From the NCBI GenBank assembly GCA_030632085.1, contig DAOVJY010000001.1:335402-399401 (forward strand): a DNA stretch of 64,000 nt, given 5' to 3'. Position 1 is the first letter of the stretch. Every line of letters starts with the position of its first letter. Shown piece after piece: positions 7,396 to 17,222 of the stretch. The translations under genes and the position numbers were made by a program. This DNA is from Candidatus Omnitrophota bacterium (GTDB taxonomy: Bacteria; Omnitrophota; Gorgyraeia; JAGLLT01). A model generated the notes under the pieces. The model saw only the letters and a program-made list of their open reading frames with translations, made no database searches and was not told the DNA's origin.

Positions 7396-7911
7396 TCACC
7401 TTTCCAGTAACTTTCTGCAATTTCTGCAAAAACGTGTTTTTTTATAATCGACATCTTTAATATCTAAAGAAAGACTCATAACACAAAACTTATCCTGACA
7501 GTGCCCCAAATTAAATAAATGGCCCAGTTCATGAAGAGCTTCTTTTAAAAGCCGGCTTAAAAAAAGTCCCGCGTTTTGACCTTTTAAACGGTGGGTTGAA
7601 ACAACCGCCGTCCGCGCTCCTCTTCTTTCGCTCAAGCCGAAGATAAACTCCGCTTGCGGCCGGTATATATCTATATCAGTCAAAAAGAGTTCTTTCTTTT
7701 TATGAGACCTTGATAAACTTTTAGGTAAATAATCTAATAAAACTTCAGCATTACATTGCCGGCGCTTAAAATTATAAGCCGCCTGAAGCCGACAATCATC
7801 ATTACCTAAAAATAAAACTGAAATCTCATTTAAAGATTCCAAAAGTTTAAAATTAACTTCTTGAGCTAAGAGGCATAAAAACTTATCTGCGTCTTTTAGG
7901 GTATTTATCAT
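7396..7911 (-). CDS. Archaemetzincin family Zn-metalloprotease
   Basis: KEALHELGHLFNLGHC...CVMS...FC..C. Confidence 0.9.
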   Translation of the reverse strand: MINTLKDADKFLCLLAQEVNFKLLESLNEISVLFLGNDDCRLQAAYNFKRRQCNAEVLLDYLPKSLSRSHKKKELFLTDIDIYRPQAEFIFGLSERRGARTAVVSTHRLKGQNAGLFLSRLLKEALHELGHLFNLGHCQDKFCVMSLSLDIKDVDYKKTRFCRNCRKLLER

Positions 7912-8062
7912 ATGCGTATATTATAACACCTTTGAGAGACACCTTTCAACCGGATAACAAAATAGGATTTTTTGCCCTGGCTATTGACATTATAGCCATA
8001 GTCGTGTAATTATTGAAGTGGAAAATCTTACAGAAGCTTTCCAACATATCAAGGAGGATTGT

Positions 8063-9487
8063 ATGTTTGATGACAGAAGTAAAAAGTTTAAAAATCAATA
8101 TGTTCACTTAAAGAAAATGGACGTCAACAACTATAAGAGTTTTGTCGGCAAACAACGTATAGACAATCTCAAATGGCTGGCAGAACCCCTGCAGCGCAAA
8201 GTCTGGGCCAATGTCAACTCTACGGCTATTGGAGGTGGAGTAGCTGAAATGCTCCAAAGCACTATTCCCTTTTCCAGGGGCCTGGGTGTTGACTGCCGTT
8301 GGTTTATCATTGAGGGGTCCCCCGAGTTTTTTAAAGTAACCAAGAAATTCCATAACCTCTTACAAGGCGTTAAGCAGGACATCAGCATGGAAGAGGTTTT
8401 TCACGCTTACTTAGATACTATTAAATGGAACACCGAAAAAACAAAGGTTGTCGGCCATATGGTGGTAGTCCACGATCCGCAACCGGCGGCCATAGTTATG
8501 AGCGGAAACGTTTACGGGCATCTTCTCTGGAGGTGCCACATCGATACCTCCCAGGCCTCAAGGAGAATCTGGCGTTTTCTCCTACCTTATATTAACCATT
8601 TTGACGGAGCCATTTTTACCTGCAAGGAATTTATAAAAGACCAACTGCAAATTCCGGCTTATGAAGTCCATCCCTGCATCGACCCCTTAAGAAAAAAAAA
8701 TCAGCTGATGACTAAAAAAGAAGCTCTTGATAAATTATCCAATCTTTTTAATGAGCATAATATCGATCCTAAACGGCCTATCGTTCTGGCGGTTTCCCGT
8801 TACGACGTTCATAAAAACCAAAAAGGAATTATTAAATCCTTTAAACAGGCAAAGTCTCTTTTAAGTAAAAAAATTAAACCTTACCTAATTATTGTCGGCA
8901 ACTCCGCCTCTGACGACCCTGAGGGTGAAATGATGTACCAGGAAATCTTAACCGCCATTGACGGCGATAAGGATATCCAGGCTTGGTTGAATATAGAAGA
9001 AAATGATGACTGTATCGGTGCCTTAATGGCCTTAGCTGACTGCTTTATACATTTATCTACTAAAGAAGGTTTCGGCCTGGTTGTTACCGAAGCCATGTGG
9101 CATAAAACTCCGGTTATCGGAAGTAAAATCGGAGGCATTAAACTCCAAGTCATCGATGAAGAGACCGGCTACTTAGTCGAACCTGACGACTCTAAAACCG
9201 CGGCTAAAAGAATTAAATCAATCCTGGAAAACTCCAAAGAAAAACAAACCCTGGGTAAAAATGCCCATAGGCATGTTAAAGAAAATTTTCTCTTACCTTC
9301 TTTAGTTGAGCGCTATCTTTTATTAATGAGATATTATCTGGAAATTGATAATAAGATACCTGAATTCAGGATGAACGAGCTGACCTACAAGGAAATAAAG
9401 GCCGCTCTCTACGGCAGAACTGTCTGGCCGTTTTCTTCAAACGACCTCAAGAAAAAAGTGGAGACTATCTGGGAAGGATTAGCTTAA
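8063..9487 (+). CDS. treT: GT4 glycosyltransferase, trehalose synthase TreT-like
   Basis: NVNSTAIGGGVAEML, VHDPQP, WRCHID, EGFGLVVTEAMW; start set to the ATG at 8063 after AAGGAGG (track start 8018). Confidence 0.8.
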   Translation: MFDDRSKKFKNQYVHLKKMDVNNYKSFVGKQRIDNLKWLAEPLQRKVWANVNSTAIGGGVAEMLQSTIPFSRGLGVDCRWFIIEGSPEFFKVTKKFHNLLQGVKQDISMEEVFHAYLDTIKWNTEKTKVVGHMVVVHDPQPAAIVMSGNVYGHLLWRCHIDTSQASRRIWRFLLPYINHFDGAIFTCKEFIKDQLQIPAYEVHPCIDPLRKKNQLMTKKEALDKLSNLFNEHNIDPKRPIVLAVSRYDVHKNQKGIIKSFKQAKSLLSKKIKPYLIIVGNSASDDPEGEMMYQEILTAIDGDKDIQAWLNIEENDDCIGALMALADCFIHLSTKEGFGLVVTEAMWHKTPVIGSKIGGIKLQVIDEETGYLVEPDDSKTAAKRIKSILENSKEKQTLGKNAHRHVKENFLLPSLVERYLLLMRYYLEIDNKIPEFRMNELTYKEIKAALYGRTVWPFSSNDLKKKVETIWEGLA

Positions 9488-9828
9488 CCCGGAGGCCAGG
9501 TAAATTTCCTACCGCTTAAAAGATGTAGATGGATATGAAAAACTTCCTGTCCGGCATCTTTACCGCAGTTTAAGACAATGCGGTATCCTTTATTCGCCAG
9601 TCCCTTTTCCTGGACTATTTTATTGGCAGCCATAATCATCCGGCCCATTAGATGCGCTTCTTCCTCTTTTAAGTCTGAAACCCTCGCGATATGTTTCTTG
9701 GGAATTATTAATGTATGATTCGGCGCCTGGGGATTTATATCAGAAAATGCCAAAACTAAATCATCTTCATAGACGATGTCTGCCGGGATTTCTCTATTAA
9801 TTATTTTACAAAACAAACAATCATTCAT
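9484..9828 (-). CDS. hinT: Histidine triad (HIT) nucleotide-binding protein
   Basis: DCLFCKI, DINPQAP.H, GQEVFHIHLHLL.GR..WPPG; probable start 9828. Confidence 0.92.
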   Translation of the reverse strand: MNDCLFCKIINREIPADIVYEDDLVLAFSDINPQAPNHTLIIPKKHIARVSDLKEEEAHLMGRMIMAANKIVQEKGLANKGYRIVLNCGKDAGQEVFHIHLHLLSGRKFTWPPG

Positions 9829-10300
9829 TGACTTCTGCCTCGTCATCGTATAAAAGCCGGCTGCCCGACCTTAAGATTATCCTGAAGATAAAAATTATCC
9901 CCACGAAAAAAGCTATACTCCCCACGGGTGAAAAATATGTATATAAATCAGCATACTCTCTTGTAAGAAACATTATTGCTCCATATTGATAACTGAGCAT
10001 GGTAACTAAAACAAAATTACTCGCCGCGTAAAACTCCCAGAAATAATAAAATCTCTTCTCAACCGACTTCTTAAAATAAAACCTGTCTAAAAAGAAAAAC
10101 ATTAGGCAACTCAAAACTATACTACCTGAAAAAAAGAAGATATCGTTCTTTTTAGAAAACTCCCAAATAAAAAATGAGATATAAAACTTACGGACGAAAA
10201 AGGAAGGAACAAATACATAGAAATATATACTGTACGCCGCGGATATCAAGGCGACACTAAAAGGAAAAATATCTTTTTTGAAGGCTCTTTTTTTTATCAT
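9821..10300 (-). CDS. Hypothetical membrane protein (about 4 TM)
   Basis: Hydrophobic ORF; the track start (10339) lies inside tRNA-Leu, so the ATG at 10300 is used. Confidence 0.6.
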   Translation of the reverse strand: MIKKRAFKKDIFPFSVALISAAYSIYFYVFVPSFFVRKFYISFFIWEFSKKNDIFFFSGSIVLSCLMFFFLDRFYFKKSVEKRFYYFWEFYAASNFVLVTMLSYQYGAIMFLTREYADLYTYFSPVGSIAFFVGIIFIFRIILRSGSRLLYDDEAEVNE

Positions 10301-10309
10301 AAGATAAAC

Positions 10310-10398
10310 TGGTGCGAGGAGGGGGATTTGAACCCCCATGAGATTTAACTCTCACTAGGCCCTCAACCTAGCGCGTATGCCAATTCCGCCACCCTCGC
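10310..10398 (-). tRNA. tRNA-Leu(GAG)
   Basis: GCGAGGG/CCTCGC acceptor, anticodon stem CTAGG-TTGAGGG-CCTAG, long variable arm, CCA. Confidence 0.95.
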
Positions 10399-10604
10399 AG
10401 TTTTAAAAAAGTTGATTTGCAGAACAACATTAAATTTGATTAAAATCAACAAATTTTAAAGCGTTTTATTGCTTTTCTTTGTCTTTTTCCTGATTTTCCA
10501 TAATTTATGCGCTGTTACATAGATAAAATTGCTGAACTCTCTGATATTTTCAGTTATTCTCTATTAACTAAGGGCGAGTACGACAAAAAAACACCAAAAG
10601 AAAC

Positions 10605-10690
10605 CTAAAGACAACTATTTATCCACTTTAGATATTCTTTATTTCCTTCATTTATTTCAACTAATATTACCTCGGGTACTTCATAAGCTA
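10605..10690 (-). pseudogene. cutA: 3' fragment of cutA (divalent-cation tolerance protein)
   Basis: Manual translation gives AYEVPEVILVEINEGNKEYLKWINSCL*, matching the CutA C-terminal pattern YEVPEI...G...YL.W; no 5' part. Confidence 0.65.
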
Positions 10691-10745
10691 TCCGTTTAAG
10701 GCGGACTTAACACTTATTCAGTGCCAAAATTTTCTACAAAAATTT

Positions 10746-10820
10746 TGGCTGCCCGACTAGGACTCGAACCTAGAATAGATGAACCAGAATCATCCGTGTT
10801 GCCAATTACACCATCGGGCA
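10746..10820 (-). tRNA. tRNA-Gln(CTG)
   Basis: TGCCCGA/TCGGGCA acceptor, GATGA-TTCTGGT-TCATC anticodon arm, GGTTCGAGTCC, CCA. Confidence 0.95.
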
Positions 10821-10867
10821 AAATTGTTTTATTATTATATACTACTTTGTAATTTATTGTAAAGGGC

Positions 10868-12538
10868 TTATTGTTTCTTGTTTATCTTAGCCCATGTATC
10901 TCTTAAAGAGACGATACGGTTAAAAACTATTCTTTCTTTTGTCGCGTCTTTATCTAAGCAGAAATATCCCAATCTTTCAAATTGATACTTATTATCATGT
11001 TTCGCGTTTTTTAAGCTGGGTTCTAAATAACACTTATTTAATATAACTAATGAATCTTTATTAAAATTATCTTTATAATCTTCCGCTTCATTGGGATCTC
11101 TCACTAAAAAAAGATGGTCATATATTCTTACTTCCGCCTCTATAGCCGTATTAGCTGCTACCCAATGCAGAGTGCCTTTTACTTTTCTGCCGTCAGGAGA
11201 ATCTCCGCCTTTAGTCGCGGGGTCATAAGTACAGCGTAATTCAACTATTTCACCGGTCTTTTCGTCCTTTATGACTTCTTTACAGGATATAAAGTAGGCA
11301 TAACGTAAGCGGACTTCCCTATCTGGTGCTAAGCGGAAGAATTTTTTATGAGGAACTTCCTGGAAATCATCTTTTTCAATATATAACACCTTTGAAAAAG
11401 GAACCTTTCTTGTACCGCTTGCTTCATCTTCCGGGTTATTAATACAATCTAACTCTTCGGCCTTATCCTCCGGATAGTTTTCGATTACTACCTTAAGAGG
11501 ATTTAAGACAGCCATTACTCTATTGGCCTTTTTATTTAATTCTTCTCTTAAAGAGTTCTCTAATAAATTAGTTTCAATAATAGAGTTTATTTTTGTAACC
11601 CCTATAATTTTACAGAAGTTTCTTATGGACTCCGGAGTATAACCTCTTCTTCTTAAGCCTGAGATAGTCGGCATCCTGGGGTCATCCCAGCCATTTACGT
11701 ATTTTTTCTCAACAAGCTCTAATAGTTTTCTTTTGCTTAAGATGGTATGACTTAAATTAAGCCTGGCAAACTCTATCTGCTGGGGATGATGAACTTCCAA
11801 TTGATCTAATATCCAATCATATAATGGCCTATTATTTTCAAATTCCAATGTGCATATAGAATGGGTTATATTTTCAATGGAGTCCGATAAGCAATGAGTA
11901 AAATCATACATAGGATAAATTACCCATTTATCAGCTGTTCTATAATGATTTAGTTTACGTATTCTATAAAGAGCGGGATCCCTCATAGTTAAATTTGCAG
12001 AGCTCATATCTATCTTAGCTTTTAGAGTCCTGCTTCCTTCTTCAAACTCACCCGCCTTCATTCTTTTAAATAAGTCAAGGTTTTCATCAATTGAACGGTC
12101 TCGATAAGGACTGTCTTTTCCGGGCTCGGTTAAAGTGCCGCGGTATTTTCTAACATCTTCAGGGCTTAAATCACAGACATAGGCCTTGCCTCTTTTAATT
12201 AATTTTATGGCATAGTTGTATAACTGCTCAAAATAATCAGAGGCATAATATAAACCATCCCATTTAAAACCTAACCAGCTAACGTCTTCTTTAATGGAAT
12301 TTACATACTCCATCTCTTCCGTCTCGGGGTTGGTATCATCCAGCCTTAGGTTGCAGGGGCCGTTGTATTTTTTAGCTAATCCAAAATTAAGACAGATAGA
12401 CTTGGCATGGCCGATATGAAGATAGCCGTTAGGTTCCGGAGGGAAGCGGGTATGAACCTTGGAATCATTCTTATTATTTTCCAGGTCTTTATCGATTATC
12501 TCTTCTATAAAATTAGCTGCTTTTTCTTTATTATCCAT
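10868..12538 (-). CDS. glnS: Glutamine--tRNA ligase
   Basis: [42 protein letters not shown]. Confidence 0.97.
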   Translation of the reverse strand: MDNKEKAANFIEEIIDKDLENNKNDSKVHTRFPPEPNGYLHIGHAKSICLNFGLAKKYNGPCNLRLDDTNPETEEMEYVNSIKEDVSWLGFKWDGLYYASDYFEQLYNYAIKLIKRGKAYVCDLSPEDVRKYRGTLTEPGKDSPYRDRSIDENLDLFKRMKAGEFEEGSRTLKAKIDMSSANLTMRDPALYRIRKLNHYRTADKWVIYPMYDFTHCLSDSIENITHSICTLEFENNRPLYDWILDQLEVHHPQQIEFARLNLSHTILSKRKLLELVEKKYVNGWDDPRMPTISGLRRRGYTPESIRNFCKIIGVTKINSIIETNLLENSLREELNKKANRVMAVLNPLKVVIENYPEDKAEELDCINNPEDEASGTRKVPFSKVLYIEKDDFQEVPHKKFFRLAPDREVRLRYAYFISCKEVIKDEKTGEIVELRCTYDPATKGGDSPDGRKVKGTLHWVAANTAIEAEVRIYDHLFLVRDPNEAEDYKDNFNKDSLVILNKCYLEPSLKNAKHDNKYQFERLGYFCLDKDATKERIVFNRIVSLRDTWAKINKKQ

Positions 12539-12554
12539 TGTATACTTTTATTTT

Positions 12555-13841
12555 TTAATTAAGGGTTTTTTCTATTCTCTTTATAACTGTCTCTTTGCCC
12601 AACAACTCCATTACCTCAAACAATCCCGCCCCTTTAGTTTTACCGCTTATGGCCATGCGGGTGGGGTGAATGATATTAGCCGGCTTTAGATTATTTTTAT
12701 CAGCCAAGGCTCTATATACTTCTTCTATTTTCTCATGGGAAAAATCATCAATTCCCTCTAGTTCATTTAGAGCTAATTTTAAATTCTCTTTATTTTCTTC
12801 CTTATCCAAGTGCTTTCTCCGGCCCTTCTCATCAACTGAATAATCATCTTTAAAGAAGAAATCGGCTAAATCTAAGAATTCACTAAAAACTTTTATGCGC
12901 ACTCGGTATAATTCAATTATCTTTTTTAGTTTTTCCTCATCAATAGTTTGTGGGTCTATATTATTTTTTTCTAACTCTTTAATGAAATAAGGGTAAATGT
13001 CTTTGAAATCTTTAGAACGAATATATTCACCGTTTAACCATTTTAATTTATCTATATCAAACTTCACCTGGGTATTATTTATTTTGCTTATCTCAAATTC
13101 TTTCGCCGCCTCGCTCATGCTGATAACTTCCCTATCTCCTTGCGGCTGCCAGCCTAAAAGTAAAAGATAGTTATTTAAGGCCTCGGGTAAAAAACCGTCT
13201 CTCCTATACTCTGAGACGGCTACTCCACCATGCCTTTTTGAAAGTTTTGCGCCATCTTGGCCCATCATTAAAGGTATATGCGCGAACTCCGGCACTTCTA
13301 TGCCCAGAGCCTCATAAAACATAATTTGCTTAGGAGTATTGGAAATATGATCATCACCTCTAATAATGTGGGTAATTTTTAAATTAGCATCATCAACTAC
13401 ACAAGCAAAATTATAGGCCGGTGAGCCATCTGACTTTATCAAAACCTGGTCTTTAATCTGATCGGTGTTAACTGTAATTTTACCATGCACCAGGTCATTA
13501 ATTGAAATAACTCTGCCTTTTTCCACCTTAAAAATAATAGCTTCGCCTTCTTTATATGCCAGGCCTTTATCTAAAATATTTTGAGCTTTTTCTTTATAAA
13601 GCCCGAAGTTATCAGACTGAAAAAAAGGGCCCTCATCCCACTCTAAACCCATCCACTTCAAGTCATTTAAAATATCATCCAAGAATTCTTTTTTTGAACG
13701 TACCAGGTCAGTATCTTCCACTCTTAGCACGAAGGTACCACCAACGTGTTTAGCGTAGAGCCAATTAAAAAGGGCTGTCCTGGCACTTCCTAAATGAAGA
13801 AAACCCGTGGGGCTGGGGGCAAATCTAACTCTTATACTCAT
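12555..13841 (-). CDS. gltX: Glutamate--tRNA ligase
   Basis: RFAPSPTGFLHLG, RVEDTD, IIRGDDH, KLSKRHG. Confidence 0.97.
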   Translation of the reverse strand: MSIRVRFAPSPTGFLHLGSARTALFNWLYAKHVGGTFVLRVEDTDLVRSKKEFLDDILNDLKWMGLEWDEGPFFQSDNFGLYKEKAQNILDKGLAYKEGEAIIFKVEKGRVISINDLVHGKITVNTDQIKDQVLIKSDGSPAYNFACVVDDANLKITHIIRGDDHISNTPKQIMFYEALGIEVPEFAHIPLMMGQDGAKLSKRHGGVAVSEYRRDGFLPEALNNYLLLLGWQPQGDREVISMSEAAKEFEISKINNTQVKFDIDKLKWLNGEYIRSKDFKDIYPYFIKELEKNNIDPQTIDEEKLKKIIELYRVRIKVFSEFLDLADFFFKDDYSVDEKGRRKHLDKEENKENLKLALNELEGIDDFSHEKIEEVYRALADKNNLKPANIIHPTRMAISGKTKGAGLFEVMELLGKETVIKRIEKTLN

Positions 13842-14373
13842 CGGCTAATTTTACCCCTTCATGAAGAGCTTGTTTATTTATATCAAGCATTATGTGGCGG
13901 TACGGCGGAAAAACATCTTTTAAAATAGCTATAATACTTTCTAGTTTTACAAGGTTGGTAATTCTCTGATAAGCGCCCAGAGCAACCATGTTGGCTACTT
14001 TGATGTTTCCTAACTCCTTGGCTTTTTCTGTGGCCGGAATTCTGACAATTTTTAAATCATCCCTGTCTGTCTTATCGCTAACTAAAGAACTGTTTATAAT
14101 CATTAAACCGTTTTTCTTTATTACATGCTCAAACTTTATAAAAGAAGGCCTGTTCATGACAATACAATCCTGAGGTTCGTAAAAAAGTCCTGAGGCCACG
14201 GGCTTGTCTGAAACAATAATCTTGGAGTGTGCTGTTCCGCCCCTAACCTCAGCTCCATAAGAAGGCATCCAGGTAACTTCTTTGTTTTCTTTCATGGCGG
14301 CATTAGCGATAAGTTTTCCCATAACCATAATTCCCTGTCCGCCAAAGCCCGAGCAGATAATCTCTTTATACAT
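13825..14373 (-). CDS. 2-oxoacid:ferredoxin oxidoreductase gamma subunit
   Basis: GFGGQG, PSYGAEVRGG, NMVALGA. Confidence 0.92.
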   Translation of the reverse strand: MYKEIICSGFGGQGIMVMGKLIANAAMKENKEVTWMPSYGAEVRGGTAHSKIIVSDKPVASGLFYEPQDCIVMNRPSFIKFEHVIKKNGLMIINSSLVSDKTDRDDLKIVRIPATEKAKELGNIKVANMVALGAYQRITNLVKLESIIAILKDVFPPYRHIMLDINKQALHEGVKLADEYKS

Positions 14374-15100
14374 CTTTTATAACTCCAAGAGGCGTCTCTT
14401 TAATAATTTCATTTTCTATTTTATCTACCGCTTCTTCAGGTGTTAAAGCCCAGTAAGTCGGACACTGGGAGATGATCTCCACCATGGAAAAGCCTTTACC
14501 TTCAATTTGATTTACAAAAGCCCTCTTTATGGCTTTTTTAGTTAAGATAACATTTTTAGGTTTATTAACGGCTGTTCTTTCAATATAACAAACTCCATCT
14601 AAAACAGCCAGCATCTCTGATATCTTCAGAGGATAGCCGTCTCTTTTTTTATCCCGTCCGGATTTACAGGTAGTTGTCCTCTGCCCTAAAAGAGTTGTCG
14701 GGGCCATCTGGCCGCCGGTCATTCCATAGACACCGTTATTTACAAAAATACAAGTCAGATCTTCGCCTCTATTAGCGGCATGAACCGTCTCGGCGGTTCC
14801 AATAGCGGCTAAATCACCGTCACCCTGATAAGTAAAAACAATCAGATCGGGCCTCATTCTTTTTATGCCTGTCGCTACCGCCAGGGGCCTGCCATGTGCC
14901 GCTTCTGTTGTATCAAAATCCCAGTAGTCATAGGCTAAAACGGCGCAGCCTACCGGCGCGATAGCTAAAACTTTTTCAGTAATATTAAGCTCTTCAATCA
15001 CCTCGCAAACTAACCTGTGGACTATACCATGTCCGCAACCGGGACAGTAATGCGTAACCGGATCTAATAATAAAGGGCTTTTCTTAAATATCTTTTTCAA
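14366..15100 (-). CDS. 2-oxoacid:ferredoxin oxidoreductase beta subunit (TPP-binding)
   Basis: YCPGCGHG, GDGDLAAIG, NN..YGMTGGQ. Confidence 0.92.
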   Translation of the reverse strand: MKKIFKKSPLLLDPVTHYCPGCGHGIVHRLVCEVIEELNITEKVLAIAPVGCAVLAYDYWDFDTTEAAHGRPLAVATGIKRMRPDLIVFTYQGDGDLAAIGTAETVHAANRGEDLTCIFVNNGVYGMTGGQMAPTTLLGQRTTTCKSGRDKKRDGYPLKISEMLAVLDGVCYIERTAVNKPKNVILTKKAIKRAFVNQIEGKGFSMVEIISQCPTYWALTPEEAVDKIENEIIKETPLGVIKDV

Positions 15101-16188
15101 GAGAGGCTCCTTATTTTTTTAATTATTTCTTTCTCACTCGGAATTATCCCGGCTGTCCTGCCGTAAAAATGGACTTCAGACTTACCAAAAACAGCCATTC
15201 GTACATCTTCAACCATCTGGCCCATATTCATCTCAACTACCAGGAATTTAACCTTTTTATGGGCGGCATCTGAAATAATCTTTTTAGGAAACGGCCAGAG
15301 AGTTATAGGCCTGATCATACCTATCTTAAGGCCTTCATTTCTTAAGGTCATCATCACCTTTTTACAAATACGGCTGGTCGCTCCAAAAGCAACTAAGATA
15401 ATTTCACAATCATCGATATAAAAAGTCTCAGCCCTAACCTCATTACTTTCTATAATGTCATATGTTTTTTTCAGTTCTTTATTCAGGTTCTCCAGCGCGC
15501 CATACTCCAAAAATAGAGACTTGACAACCTTAGGCTCCTTATTTTTAGTCTGAGCCAGGGCCCAGCTTTTATCCACCTTTGTCTTTTCATGCTTAAAAGA
15601 AGGCTTCAAAGTAACCGGCTCGGCCATCTGGCCTAAAACACCGTCTCCTAAAACTAAAACCGGAGTCCTGTAGATATCGGCTAAATCAAAAGCCAGGTAA
15701 GTCAAATCAAAAAGCTCCTGAGAACCATTGGGAGCCAAAACAACAGTGTGGTAATCTCCGTGGCCGCCGCCTTTAGTTGCTTGAAAATAATCTGACTGCG
15801 CGGGGCTGATATTTCCCAGGCCGGGTCCGCCGCGCTGCATATTAACTATAACCGCCGGCAACTTACAAGCCGCCAAATAGGAAATGCCTTCCTGCTTTAA
15901 GCTTATCCCGGGTGAAGAGGAAGAAGTCATAACTCTTTCTCCGATGACTGAGGCCCCAAAAATCATACTAATGGCAGCCAGCTCACTTTCAGCCTGAATA
16001 AAAACCCCGCCTGCTTCAGGCATATTATCAGCCATATAGGCTGTCAGTTCATTCTGGGGAGTTATGGGATATCCGGCATAAAACTTACAGCCGGCTTCTA
16101 TGGCCGCCTGCCCTATTATATGGTTACCCACCATTAATACCCTATTTTTATCTTTTTGATTATTTTTTGTCATTTGACTTTTCATCAT
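15097..16188 (-). CDS. vorB: 2-oxoacid (ketoisovalerate-type) oxidoreductase alpha subunit, VorB-like
   Basis: GYPITPQNE, QAESE, SSSPGISLKQE, RGGPGLG, GGGHGDY. Confidence 0.88.
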   Translation of the reverse strand: MMKSQMTKNNQKDKNRVLMVGNHIIGQAAIEAGCKFYAGYPITPQNELTAYMADNMPEAGGVFIQAESELAAISMIFGASVIGERVMTSSSSPGISLKQEGISYLAACKLPAVIVNMQRGGPGLGNISPAQSDYFQATKGGGHGDYHTVVLAPNGSQELFDLTYLAFDLADIYRTPVLVLGDGVLGQMAEPVTLKPSFKHEKTKVDKSWALAQTKNKEPKVVKSLFLEYGALENLNKELKKTYDIIESNEVRAETFYIDDCEIILVAFGATSRICKKVMMTLRNEGLKIGMIRPITLWPFPKKIISDAAHKKVKFLVVEMNMGQMVEDVRMAVFGKSEVHFYGRTAGIIPSEKEIIKKIRSLS

Positions 16189-16390
16189 CTATTATTTCAA
16201 TCGCGGCTTCGGGGCACATTATAGCGCAAGACTTACAACCCGTACACTCATCTTTACCGCGGACGAACTCCGCGGGATAAACGCCCCTTTTATTAAGTTT
16301 TTTAGATTCAACTATGAGCCCTTTCGGACAGTATTTTATGCAAAGCCCGCAGCCCTTGCATTTTTCAGTATCTATTTTAATCCTAATCAT
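16160..16390 (-). CDS. 2x[4Fe-4S] ferredoxin (delta subunit)
   Basis: Two CxxCxxCxxxCP motifs. Confidence 0.92.
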   Translation of the reverse strand: MIRIKIDTEKCKGCGLCIKYCPKGLIVESKKLNKRGVYPAEFVRGKDECTGCKSCAIMCPEAAIEIIDDEKSNDKK

Positions 16391-16391
16391 T

Positions 16392-17222
16392 TCAGCGAAC
16401 CTTGCCCCATTTCAACTTTTCATTTAATATAGCAAAATAACTTCTCTTTGAAGAGGTAATCAACCTAAAGGGCCTTTTAGCCTTATTAATCCTGACGATA
16501 TCTCCATTTTTTAATTTTATGCCTTCTTGTCCGTCGGCTACCAGAGCTACATCTTTGGCTTCTTGAGAAACAACCTTTATCCGGATATCTGAGGTCATCG
16601 GCAAAACCAAAGGCCTATTAGACAAAGTATGCGGGCATATAGGAGAAACAACAAAGGCCTTTACCTCCGGATGCAAAATAGGTCCGCCGGCGGATAATGA
16701 ATAAGCAGTTGAACCTGTCGCACTGGCTACAATCAACCCGTCGCATAAATAAACCGCCACCTGCTCATTATTAATTATCAGCTCTAAAGTCAAAATACGC
16801 GACAAAGAACCTCTGCTAACAACAATATCATTTAAAGCGCTGAAACTATTTATAATTTTGTCGTCTCTGATAATCCCCGCGTTAATTACCTGCCTTAAGC
16901 TAACAGTATATTTACCTTCTAAAACCTCATCTATAGCCGCTTTAATCTCATTGGTTTTAATCTCGGTCAAAAAACCAAAGTCGCCTAAATTTATACCTAA
17001 GACATCTATCTTTTTATTGATATGCCTGGCTATATTAAGTAGTGTACCATCTCCACCTAAGGCAATAATTAAATCTGACATCCTAATTACTTCATGGCGT
17101 GACAATTTCTCATCAGTAATGGCCATGATCTTCTTTTTTCTTAAGATACTGACAACTTTTTTCTGATAAGCTAAGGCTTTTTTCTTTGAGGGATTAGCGA
17201 TTACGCCAACTGTTTTAATCAT
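16392..17222 (-). CDS. nadK: NAD kinase
   Basis: GGDGTLL, GINLG..GFL, ND, TGSTAYSLSAGGP. Confidence 0.95.
   Translation of the reverse strand: MIKTVGVIANPSKKKALAYQKKVVSILRKKKIMAITDEKLSRHEVIRMSDLIIALGGDGTLLNIARHINKKIDVLGINLGDFGFLTEIKTNEIKAAIDEVLEGKYTVSLRQVINAGIIRDDKIINSFSALNDIVVSRGSLSRILTLELIINNEQVAVYLCDGLIVASATGSTAYSLSAGGPILHPEVKAFVVSPICPHTLSNRPLVLPMTSDIRIKVVSQEAKDVALVADGQEGIKLKNGDIVRINKAKRPFRLITSSKRSYFAILNEKLKWGKVR

Noticed and set aside
9821-10339. ORF start at 10339
   Set aside because: It overlaps the tRNA-Leu 3' half; the ATG at 10300 is more plausible.
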